A stretch of DNA of 32,000 nucleotides from Candidatus Lokiarchaeum ossiferum (GCA_025839675.1 CP104013.1:5820001-5852000); one strand, 5' to 3'; positions 16,625 to 24,828 are shown, counted from the stretch's first letter. Notes: generated from the letters alone by a model not told the origin. Numbers and translations: made by a program.

Positions 16625-19321
16625 ATGTCTGATTTTCAACACTCAATAATAATGGAAAATTCATCTCATGCAAATCCTAAAGCAATTGTTCACTTTCAAA
16701 ACGTTCGTTTTACAGTTTTAACTTCAAGAATATTTCGAATTGAATATTCTTCCTCTGGTTCCTTTGAAAATCGTAGCACTCAAGTAATTCTCAATCGAGA
16801 ACTACCAGTTCCTACATTTGACCTTAAAGAAACAGATGAAAAAATCGAAATCATCACCCAATTTTTGCATTTAATATATCATAAATCTTCCAATGGGTTC
16901 ACACCTGCTAATTTATCCGTTCATCTTTTAAAAATAGACCATATTTGGCATTTTGCTGATAAAGATCCCAGCAATTTAAAAGGGACTACTCGAACATTGG
17001 ATATGGTTGATGGTGCAATTTCCTTGGAAAAAGGTCTTATTTCTCGATCAGGGTGGGCCGTGCTCGATGATTCAAACACCTTGGTTTTTAATTCCCAGGG
17101 ATGGTTAGAAAATCGAACCGATTCAGAGGTAGATCTCTACTTCTTCGGTTTTGGAACTGCTTATCAAGAATGCATCGACGAATATTGCTCTCTTGCTGGC
17201 AAAGTTCCGATGATTCCTCGATGGATTTTGGGGAACTGGTGGAGTCGTTATTGGGAATATACCCAAGATGATTTAGTTCACTTAATGGAATCCTTTGAAT
17301 CCCATGACATTCCTTTGTCTGTTTGTATTGTGGATATGGACTGGCATATCGTGAATATTCAGAATTATCTCGCAAAACATTCTGCCGATGATTGGAAGGG
17401 TGTGCAATTTCATAATGGGTGGACCGGATTTACTTGGAACGAAGATTTCTTTCCCGATTACCCTTCTTTTTTACAATTTCTCAAAACAAAACAGATACGG
17501 GCTGCTTTAAATCTTCATCCTGCGAGTGGAATTGCTCCACATGAAAGTCAATATATTCAAATCGCAAAAGCAATGGGATTAGATCCTGCTCTAAAGAATA
17601 CTGTTCCATTTGACATTGCAAATCCTAAACTCGCCCAAGAATATTTTAATCAAATATTACATCCCTATGAAGAGAAAGGTGTTGATTTTTGGTGGATGGA
17701 TTGGCAACAAGAAAAATCTACTTCTATTATTGGTTTGGACCCTCTTTGGTGGTTAAATCATCTTCATTTTCTTGATCTTGGTAGGGATATGAGTAAACGC
17801 CCTGTCATCTTTTCTCGTTGGGGTGGATACGGTAATCATCGCTATCCAATTGGTTTTTCTGGAGATACTTACGTGACATGGAAAAGTTTAGCATTTCAAC
17901 CTTATTTTACTTCCACTGCTTCCAATGTTGGGTACTCATGGTGGAGTCATGATTTAGGAGGCCACATGTCTGGTTATGATGATCCAGAGTTGTATATCCG
18001 CTGGATTCAATTTGGTTTATTCAGCCCAGTATTCCGATTACATTCCACAAAAAATCCCTATATTGAAAAATTACCTTGGAAATTTGATGCTCATATTTAT
18101 CAACTTGCCAAATCTGCTATGCAATTTCGTCATGCGCTAATTCCTTATATATATTCTATGGCTTGGAAAAATCATACTCTAAGCGAATCCTTAATTCGTC
18201 CCTTATATTATTTACATCCAGAAACTGATGAAGCCTATAAGACCCAGAATGAGTATTACTTTGGAAGTGAATTACTCTGTGCTCCTGTTGTAGATCCAAT
18301 AGATTCAGATCTTCAACTAAATCGACAAGTTGTCTGGTTACCGAAAGGTAAATGGTTTAATTTTTTTACTAGTGAGTTCTATAAGGGTAATGAGTCCTAT
18401 GCGATCTATTCTCGCCTATCGGAGATTCCCGTTTTTGCCAAAGCTGGAGCAATCATTCCACTTGCCCATAAAAATTCATGGAATCATATATGTAATCCCG
18501 AAGAATTAGACATTTATATCTTTCCAGGAAAAAGTAATTCTTTTGAATTGTATGAAGATGATGGGGTATCTCAGTATTATCATGAGGGGGTTTATGATAT
18601 AACTCAATTCAAATTAACTTGGAAGAAAAAATTCATGGAATTCTCCATTTCAAGTTCAGAAGAACCCCACGATTTTATTCCGACAAATCGGAAAATGAAT
18701 TTATATATTAGAGGGATCAAGGATATTCCTGATCTTGATATATTGGAAAATGATACTCCTTCCCAAATCCAGCGTTCATATGATGAAAATACAGATACAT
18801 TAATTCTTCATAGTATCAGTTTTCCTGCCGTATCGAATTGGGTTCTTAAGATTTCTTCCCCTTCCAGGAATTTGATTTCTAGACGGGATCGAACGCTTTC
18901 TAAAACCAAAGATTTGATTAAATTGATGAAAATACCTTTAGATTTTAAGCATTTCCTAGATCAAAACTTACAAAAGATCACTTCACAAATGCAGCAATTA
19001 ACCAAATTTTTGCGAACTATGCTAAATTCTGTTAAATATGCTCGGGATGATGAAATATACGATAATGACTTGGCATTATTGAAGCATTTTCTTCCCCAAA
19101 TTCTATTAGGGAATATCAATACCATTATATCTCCATATATTTTGGATCCATCTCAGTTCATTGAAAGTTTATCTGTTTCGGACACTAATGCTGAAAGTGA
19201 TGTTCGAGATCTATTTTGGAATCAAATTCATAATAGTGAATTAATTCAAAACGTACAGAATTTAACTCCTAATCAATTGCGTGCCTTAGGTGAATTTTGT
19301 GGAAATCAGATTATTGATTGA
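16625..19321 (+). CDS. Glycoside hydrolase family 31 (alpha-glycosidase), cytoplasmic, with long helical C-terminal extension
   Basis: GH31-like blocks are present. VDFWWMDWQQE holds the putative nucleophile Asp, and YPIGFSGDTYVTW the putative acid/base Asp. WSHDLGGH, LYIRWIQFGLFSPVFRLHS and a distal beta-sandwich (ELDIYIFPG...FELYEDDG) follow. No signal peptide is visible. Confidence 0.8.
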   Translation: MSDFQHSIIMENSSHANPKAIVHFQNVRFTVLTSRIFRIEYSSSGSFENRSTQVILNRELPVPTFDLKETDEKIEIITQFLHLIYHKSSNGFTPANLSVHLLKIDHIWHFADKDPSNLKGTTRTLDMVDGAISLEKGLISRSGWAVLDDSNTLVFNSQGWLENRTDSEVDLYFFGFGTAYQECIDEYCSLAGKVPMIPRWILGNWWSRYWEYTQDDLVHLMESFESHDIPLSVCIVDMDWHIVNIQNYLAKHSADDWKGVQFHNGWTGFTWNEDFFPDYPSFLQFLKTKQIRAALNLHPASGIAPHESQYIQIAKAMGLDPALKNTVPFDIANPKLAQEYFNQILHPYEEKGVDFWWMDWQQEKSTSIIGLDPLWWLNHLHFLDLGRDMSKRPVIFSRWGGYGNHRYPIGFSGDTYVTWKSLAFQPYFTSTASNVGYSWWSHDLGGHMSGYDDPELYIRWIQFGLFSPVFRLHSTKNPYIEKLPWKFDAHIYQLAKSAMQFRHALIPYIYSMAWKNHTLSESLIRPLYYLHPETDEAYKTQNEYYFGSELLCAPVVDPIDSDLQLNRQVVWLPKGKWFNFFTSEFYKGNESYAIYSRLSEIPVFAKAGAIIPLAHKNSWNHICNPEELDIYIFPGKSNSFELYEDDGVSQYYHEGVYDITQFKLTWKKKFMEFSISSSEEPHDFIPTNRKMNLYIRGIKDIPDLDILENDTPSQIQRSYDENTDTLILHSISFPAVSNWVLKISSPSRNLISRRDRTLSKTKDLIKLMKIPLDFKHFLDQNLQKITSQMQQLTKFLRTMLNSVKYARDDEIYDNDLALLKHFLPQILLGNINTIISPYILDPSQFIESLSVSDTNAESDVRDLFWNQIHNSELIQNVQNLTPNQLRALGEFCGNQIID

Positions 19322-19335
19322 AATCCTTTAATATC

Positions 19336-19341
19336 TTTTTT
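19336..19341 (+). terminator. Oligo-T tract (T6) after the GH31 stop
   Basis: atatc-tttttt-c lies 15 nt after the TGA at 19319..19321. Confidence 0.3.
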
Positions 19342-19388
19342 CTTATTGCAACTAAATATTTTTAACTATCACTATATATATTTCTAAC

Positions 19389-19793
19389 ATGTCTTTTCAG
19401 TGGTCGGAGGATATTTCCGTAAACGTGAGGCGTTTTGATTACCAACATCAAAAATTGTTAGAATTGTTTGATCAAATAGGGGAACAAATCTCACATTGTT
19501 CGGAATTTTCTGATTTTGATTATCTCTTCGAAGAATTACGGGAATATGCAAATTACCACTTTCAATCTGAAGAAAAAGTCTTGAAAGATGCAAATTATCC
19601 TCATATTGGAAAACAAATAATACATCATAACAATTTCCTAAAAAAAATCGATGAATTTCGGGGAAAATTTGCATGTGACAAAGATTTCATCGGTGATGAT
19701 GTGAAAATATTCTTAAGAAATTGGTTTTATCACCATGTAAAAACGGTGGACAAACAATATGGTGATTTTTTGAATGCTCTTGATATTTTTTAA
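19389..19793 (+). CDS. Hemerythrin-like metal-binding protein (bacteriohemerythrin type)
   Basis: FQWSEDISVNVRRFDYQHQKLLELF, YANYHFQSEE, IIHHNNF and WFYHHVKTVDKQY give the H...HxxxE...HxxxH...HxxxxD ligand pattern of hemerythrin domains. Confidence 0.85.
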   Translation: MSFQWSEDISVNVRRFDYQHQKLLELFDQIGEQISHCSEFSDFDYLFEELREYANYHFQSEEKVLKDANYPHIGKQIIHHNNFLKKIDEFRGKFACDKDFIGDDVKIFLRNWFYHHVKTVDKQYGDFLNALDIF

Positions 19794-19825
19794 ACTAATT
19801 AATAAAAGTCAGAAGGATGATATAA

Positions 19826-20743
19826 TTGCAGTTTGAAAAGGATTTATATGGAACTTTTGGTGGGTTGGTGGATCCTTCCTATAAGGGCGATGAAGATATT
19901 ATATATGATGCTGTAATTCAGGGGATCCCCTATGAAGTGGCTACTAGTGGCAAAAAAGGGACATCCTATGCTATGAAAGCTTTAAGAGCCATTTCTCAAG
20001 ATATGCAGATCATATCACGAACTGGGCGAGATTTTTCATCAATCAAGATCTTTGATGCAGGGGATGTTCCTATATTTCCTCTTGATTCTGAAGAAACCCG
20101 TAAGGCTATCGAAAATGCATTCATGTATTTACGAAAAACTTATCATTGTCCAATCATCTCAATTGGTGGAGATCACTCGGTGACCTATCCCCTCATTAAG
20201 GGTCTTCAAAATGAAGGAAAAGTTGGAGTTGTGTGGTTTGATGCCCATCGTGATTTGTTAGATGATTTCTTACGATCAAAATATTCGCATGGAACTTCAC
20301 TCCGACGGGCCATTGATTTGCCCAATGTCGAACCAAGTAATGTCTTACTTGTGGGAACGAGATATTTTACTCCCGAAGAAGAGAAAGTTGTACAAGATTT
20401 AGGTATTCATGAATTGCGCAAAGTTGATTTAGAGAACTCTTCCAATTGGATTTCTGATTTTCAATCTATTTTAAAGGAAATTGAATCCCGGGTTGATTAT
20501 TTATACATTTCTTTGGATATTGATGGATTAGATCCTGCTTGTGCACCTGGGACCGGTACTCCCGTATGTGGAGGTGTATTTACCCATGAATTGATGCAAA
20601 TGTTATCTTCGATTCAAGTACCGATTGCAGCTTATGATATTGTTGAAGTGTCTCCTCCCCTCGATTCGTCGGGAATAACGGTAAAAACGATGATGGGAAT
20701 TTTAACTGAACTATTAGCGAAAATTTTTAGTCTTAAATTTTAA
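19826..20743 (+). CDS. speB: Agmatinase / ureohydrolase (arginase fold)
   Basis: Mn-binding motifs GGDHSVTYP, VWFDAHRDL, SLDIDGLDP and DIVEVSPPLD. TTG start with gaaggatga upstream. Assignment to agmatinase rather than another ureohydrolase is at family level only. Confidence 0.8.
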   Translation: MQFEKDLYGTFGGLVDPSYKGDEDIIYDAVIQGIPYEVATSGKKGTSYAMKALRAISQDMQIISRTGRDFSSIKIFDAGDVPIFPLDSEETRKAIENAFMYLRKTYHCPIISIGGDHSVTYPLIKGLQNEGKVGVVWFDAHRDLLDDFLRSKYSHGTSLRRAIDLPNVEPSNVLLVGTRYFTPEEEKVVQDLGIHELRKVDLENSSNWISDFQSILKEIESRVDYLYISLDIDGLDPACAPGTGTPVCGGVFTHELMQMLSSIQVPIAAYDIVEVSPPLDSSGITVKTMMGILTELLAKIFSLKF

Positions 20744-20797
20744 AGATCGCTAACAAAATAAAAGAGTTGAACACAAACAATCCAATATTAGTCACAA

Positions 20798-20805
20798 TTT
20801 TTTTT
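20798..20805 (+). terminator. Oligo-T tract (T8) 55 nt after the agmatinase stop
   Basis: cacaa-tttttttt-ataatt. Confidence 0.4.
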
Positions 20806-21082
20806 ATAATTGTTGGAAAATGTTAAATGTAATATTTTTATATAAATATTACAATTATCAAATGATTAGTAAATCGATGATTTACTGAATACACTTCGAA
20901 GAGTCTTTTAAAAAAATGTAAAATTTTGATTTCAGATTCTAATCCAAAAACCCACTTAATAAATGCTTATTTTTTTTGGAAGCAGATAACTTCAATTTTA
21001 CTAAAAATTTTTTTACGTTCATAATCGTTAATAAATAGTGATTAATTAATTATCAAAATCGAAACGAAAATATGTGAATATT

Positions 21083-22297
21083 ATGTCAATTGATTGGGAA
21101 AAAGTTAAAGAGAAACCAGATAAGGCCTACAAAGTATTGGGGCAAACTCTATTAGATCAGAAACGGAAAATTGGTGATTTAGAGAGTAACTTGCAAAAGA
21201 CTTCATCTGCGTTAAATAAAAATATGACTGAACTTGATTCGGCAAACACAAAGATCTCGGGTTATGAAGGAAATATTGCTGAATTGAATACGTCGATTGC
21301 TGGAAAAGATAATGAAATTGCACAACTGAATGCTCAAATTGCTAAAACAAACCAAGAATATGCTAATCTCCATGCTGCTTATACACAAATTGGACAAGAG
21401 AAAGAATCTCTTGAACAAACAAAAGCCACATTAGAATCAGAAAAAACGGCTCTGGAATCTGCAAAAGCAGGTCTGGAAGCTGAGATTGAAGCTAAAAATG
21501 GTGAAATTGAATCAAAAAATAGTGAAATTTCTGGTAAAGCGGCAGAAATCGAAGGAAACTTGGCAAAAATCACAGAATTAAATACTACAATTGCAGAAAA
21601 AGATGCGCTTATCGCCGAATTAAATGCAATGATTAGTTCAAAAGATTCTGAAGCATCAAGTTCTCTTTCGGAAATGGCAAGTCGGGATGCAAAAATTGCT
21701 GATCTTAATGCTAAGCTCGAAGAAAAAGTTGGGGAAGTTGCTCAATTGAATTCAACTATTGAAGCTAAAGTGAATGAGATGAATGCAACCATGGGGTCCA
21801 AAGTGGAAGAATTCAACAATTATGTTGCCCAAAAAGATGAGATGATTGGTCAATTAAATACTAAAATTGATGAATTGAATACTTCTCTTCAACAAAAAAT
21901 CAGTGAAAGTGCAGAATATGCAAGTCGAATACAAACTATGGAACAATCCTTAGGTGAAAAAGATCAAAATTATTCTAGTCAATTAGCTGCTCGAGAACAA
22001 GAACTTGCTCAAAAAGAAGCTGCTCTCAACGAAAAACAAGCGAATTTAGAAGCTCTCCAGAATCAGCTCACTGAAAAAGATCAAAACATTGAAGAATATG
22101 AAGCCCGTATCAAAGAGTTAGAACCTCCAATTCCTGATGTTGGTGAATATCATATGGATACTCGTAGAGTTTGTCCTATGTGTAATGCTGTTGATATCAA
22201 AGATGTCGAAGATAAGACTAAAGTATTAAGTTATGTAGGACACGTGCCTCTTTATGCCAAGAAATCCGTTTGCAAGAAGTGCGGGTATGAATTCTAA
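21083..22297 (+). CDS. Long coiled-coil protein with C-terminal zinc ribbon
   Basis: About 340 aa of Ala/Glu/Gln/Leu/Asn-rich heptad-like sequence. The motif [IV]-x-[EQD]-L-N-x-x-[IL] recurs at least 8 times (IAELNTSI, IAQLNAQI, ITELNTTI, IAELNAMI, IADLNAKL, VAQLNSTI, IGQLNTKI, IDELNTSL). The protein ends in CPMC-x29-CKKCGYEF. The ATG at 21083 is preferred over the GTG at 21074. Confidence 0.8.
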   Translation: MSIDWEKVKEKPDKAYKVLGQTLLDQKRKIGDLESNLQKTSSALNKNMTELDSANTKISGYEGNIAELNTSIAGKDNEIAQLNAQIAKTNQEYANLHAAYTQIGQEKESLEQTKATLESEKTALESAKAGLEAEIEAKNGEIESKNSEISGKAAEIEGNLAKITELNTTIAEKDALIAELNAMISSKDSEASSSLSEMASRDAKIADLNAKLEEKVGEVAQLNSTIEAKVNEMNATMGSKVEEFNNYVAQKDEMIGQLNTKIDELNTSLQQKISESAEYASRIQTMEQSLGEKDQNYSSQLAAREQELAQKEAALNEKQANLEALQNQLTEKDQNIEEYEARIKELEPPIPDVGEYHMDTRRVCPMCNAVDIKDVEDKTKVLSYVGHVPLYAKKSVCKKCGYEF

Positions 22298-22329
22298 AAT
22301 TTACTGTTAAATTGGTTGCTATCTTAATA

Positions 22330-22338
22330 TTTTTTTTT
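22330..22338 (+). terminator. Oligo-T tract (T9), with a second T7 at 22349..22355, after the coiled-coil gene
   Basis: taata-ttttttttt-attagatttc-ttttttt-c. Confidence 0.5.
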
Positions 22339-22392
22339 ATTAGATTTCTTTTTTTCAATAACTTTTTGTAAAAACTTTAATGTTATTATCTT

Positions 22393-23169
22393 ATGCAAAT
22401 TGAAAGAATTACATCCTCAAATGAGAATCTCTTCTTCTCTTATGTTAAGGACAAAGAATTAGAGTTCTTTTTCTATATTATGGATTATAAACAATATCCT
22501 GAAAAAACTCAACTATTTATTGCAAAAAATAGTGATAACGAAATTGAAGGATTGTTTATCATTTGGCAAGAACACACAATACAGTGTCGTGGAAGTGAAG
22601 CAGCGGCAAGAACTTTTATTAAATATTTGAAACAAACAAAAGTGGATATTCATCAAATCACAGGGACTTTAGAACATCAATTTCTATTGAATGAATGTTT
22701 TCCAAACCCTAAAATGAAGTTCAACTTGTTCCGTATGACTTTGCGAAAGGGGCAGGAAAAATTAGATGAAAAATACAAAATTGTTGAGTTAAATGAAACT
22801 CATAAAGAGCCAATCGCTGCCTTATTACGGAAGAGTGATCCGGTGTATTTTGGAGATCAAACCGCTGATCGCATAATGATGGATGAAAATAGACCCTTTT
22901 TCGCCATAATGGATGGGGATAAGATGACTTCCATCTCAGGATTATGGATCGATGAGAGCATGGGTATTATTAATCTCATTGCTACAGATCCCAATTATCG
23001 CAGGCAACAAAGAGCCACTTCTATTGTTTCTTCAAGTGTAAGCTGGTTATTTAAGAAAACTGATAAAATTTTAATCCATGTCCGCTCTGAAAATTTCCCA
23101 GCAATAAATACTTATAAGAAAGTTGGATATCAAATTGCCTTTGAGTATATCGTTATGACAGTAAAATAA
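22393..23169 (+). CDS. GNAT-family N-acyltransferase (two-lobed; C-terminal lobe carries the acyl-CoA motif)
   Basis: The C-terminal half GLWIDESMGIINLIATDPNYRRQQRATSIVSSSVSWLF...IHVRSENFPAINTYKKVGYQ fits GNAT motifs A/B. The pyrophosphate loop is atypical (RRQQRAT instead of R/Q-x-x-G-x-G/A). Confidence 0.65.
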   Translation: MQIERITSSNENLFFSYVKDKELEFFFYIMDYKQYPEKTQLFIAKNSDNEIEGLFIIWQEHTIQCRGSEAAARTFIKYLKQTKVDIHQITGTLEHQFLLNECFPNPKMKFNLFRMTLRKGQEKLDEKYKIVELNETHKEPIAALLRKSDPVYFGDQTADRIMMDENRPFFAIMDGDKMTSISGLWIDESMGIINLIATDPNYRRQQRATSIVSSSVSWLFKKTDKILIHVRSENFPAINTYKKVGYQIAFEYIVMTVK

Positions 23170-23200
23170 GGGTATACGGGGATCTTCATAATCCTTATCC

Positions 23201-23209
23201 TTTTTTTTT
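23201..23209 (+). terminator. Oligo-T tract (T9, then T6 at 23212..23217) after the GNAT gene
   Basis: ccttatcc-ttttttttt-gg-tttttt-c. Confidence 0.5.
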
Positions 23210-23260
23210 GGTTTTTTCAATTAAATTTTTAATCTTTCATTCAATAAATATCCGTAAGCA

Positions 23261-24019
23261 ATGACCCAAAGTTCCGATACTGAAGATTTTCAACCGATTT
23301 TATCTGCAAATTATCCCGGAAAAAAAGGGACCCAGTTATTACTTTTTCTGGAATTTTGGTTAACGTTGACATTGATGTGTTTTATTAATCTTCCCTATTA
23401 TAGGTTGATGGTTAATCATTTATGGATGCTCATTTTGCTTCCACTATCCATTTATGGGCTTTTTTGGCAGTTTATGGGGTTAACCACTTTATTTTCAACC
23501 ATAATTTACAAAATCCTAATAAAAATTGAACCCCCAAAAGAGGGTATTTTTACTCTGACTAGTCGAGAATTCCAGTATTACAGCCTAAGGTTTTGGGTTT
23601 GTTATTACCTGTTGTATTTTGCACGTGCGATGCCGTTGCCTTGGGTAGATATGTTCATTTTTCCTATATTTGGCTCCAAAATTGGGCACAATGTTGTACT
23701 ATATGATAGTTGGATTGATCCAGAGTTCGTGAACATAGGAGGTTCAAGTATGATCAGTTTGAATACTCAGATTTTTTCCCACTGTATATATAAAGAGCGT
23801 TTTATTGTAAAACAAGTGGTCATAGAAAAAAATTCCATTGTTGGTGCTGGTGCGATTGTAGCACCAGGGACTTATATCGAAGAAGGGGCAATCTTGGGAG
23901 CAAATTGTTCGACTGCGATTGATCAAAAATTGCAATCCTACACGATTCATATCGGTTCTCCCGCAAATATTAGTCTCCCGATTAAACTCCATAATGGGGA
24001 AAATGAGGTGAAAAAATGA
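23261..24019 (+). CDS. Membrane-anchored left-handed beta-helix (hexapeptide-repeat) acyltransferase-like protein, paralog A
   Basis: N-terminal hydrophobic helices (LLLFLEFWLTLTLMCFINL, LWMLILLPLSIYGLFWQFMGL). A linker PPKEGIFTLTSREFQYYSLRFW follows. The LbH region is FGSKIGHNVVLYDSWIDPEFVNIGGSSMISLNTQIFSHC...VVIEKNSIVGAGAIVAPGTYIEEGAILGANC. Confidence 0.8.
   Translation: MTQSSDTEDFQPILSANYPGKKGTQLLLFLEFWLTLTLMCFINLPYYRLMVNHLWMLILLPLSIYGLFWQFMGLTTLFSTIIYKILIKIEPPKEGIFTLTSREFQYYSLRFWVCYYLLYFARAMPLPWVDMFIFPIFGSKIGHNVVLYDSWIDPEFVNIGGSSMISLNTQIFSHCIYKERFIVKQVVIEKNSIVGAGAIVAPGTYIEEGAILGANCSTAIDQKLQSYTIHIGSPANISLPIKLHNGENEVKK
24005..24010 (+). promoter_or_regulatory. Shine-Dalgarno GAGGTG 5 nt upstream of the paralog B start, inside the end of paralog A
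   Basis: aatGAGGTGaaaaaATGA. The ATG at 24016 overlaps the TGA at 24017..24019 of the upstream gene. Confidence 0.55.
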
Positions 24020-24828
24020 GCAGTCCTACAAGTACAAAACTTGCCCCCCCCACTTACGTAGATCCTCGAGTAAGAAGGAGAAATATTATTGGATATATAT
24101 TGCAAATATGGGTGTCTTTAATTCCTGGATCTTTTCTTCTCTATTGGTTTTATTATGATTATGTTCTAGAAATCTCTCCCTTTGCTACTGGAATTATGCA
24201 ATTTTCCTTTAGAAATTTGATTGAACAAGTTTGGATTATGCCGCTTGGAATTCTTTTTATCCTTACTCCCATAATTCTTCTTTTGGTTTATCTCGTCACC
24301 GTGATATGGGCTGCAGTCGTCACCAAACTCGTTTTATTAGGTTTGAATATCATTCGAAAGCCCATCGAAGGGGTATTTACTCGTAATCTGCAAGATCGAG
24401 ATTATGTTTATTGGAATAAACGAAATTTAGCTCGAGTATTTTTATTTTGGCTACTGCATTCAGTTCCTTTTACTTTTCTCAAAATAACCTTTTCTTACCG
24501 CTTTTTGGATGTAAAGGTGGGAAAAAAAGCCATTCTAAATCATTGCTGGATCGCTCCAGAATTTGTGAAAATTGGCAATAATGTAACCTTGGGGCAATCT
24601 GCTGGAATCTACAGTTTTCAATTTCAAGGAGATAAACTTCTCGTGGCTCAAGTAATCTTGGAGGACAATGTAATAGTTGGTCCTCAAACGGTCTTACTTC
24701 CAGGAACCATTGTGAATAAAGGCGCTATTATTGATGGTGGATCTTTCTCTCATCCTTTCACCGTTTTCGAAAAAGATGGGATATATCATGGGAATCCAGC
24801 AAAATTGGTTCGAAAATCACAAGATTGA
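24016..24828 (+). CDS. Membrane-anchored left-handed beta-helix (hexapeptide-repeat) protein, paralog B
   Basis: Same architecture as 23261..24019. TM helices come first, then RKPIEGVFTRNLQDRDYVYWNKRNL. The LbH region is LDVKVGKKAILNHCWIAPEFVKIGNNVTLGQSAGIYSFQ...VILEDNVIVGPQTVLLPGTIVNKGAIIDGGS. It overlaps the upstream gene by 4 bp. Confidence 0.8.
   Translation: MSSPTSTKLAPPTYVDPRVRRRNIIGYILQIWVSLIPGSFLLYWFYYDYVLEISPFATGIMQFSFRNLIEQVWIMPLGILFILTPIILLLVYLVTVIWAAVVTKLVLLGLNIIRKPIEGVFTRNLQDRDYVYWNKRNLARVFLFWLLHSVPFTFLKITFSYRFLDVKVGKKAILNHCWIAPEFVKIGNNVTLGQSAGIYSFQFQGDKLLVAQVILEDNVIVGPQTVLLPGTIVNKGAIIDGGSFSHPFTVFEKDGIYHGNPAKLVRKSQD

Noticed and set aside
20861-20890. aatgattag...cgatgatttactga resembles C-box (RUGAUGA) and D-box (CUGA) elements of archaeal C/D sRNAs.
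   Set aside because: The boxes are only about 5 nt apart. There is no second C'/D' pair at sRNA spacing and no terminal stem, and the C box is imperfect (GAUGAUU).
21083-22297. Coiled-coil protein considered as an SMC/Rad50-like or ESCRT/Cdv-like component.
   Set aside because: There are no Walker A/B or signature motifs and no hinge. The Zn motif is terminal rather than a central hook, and I recognise no Snf7/CdvA-like region. It stays an unassigned coiled-coil protein.
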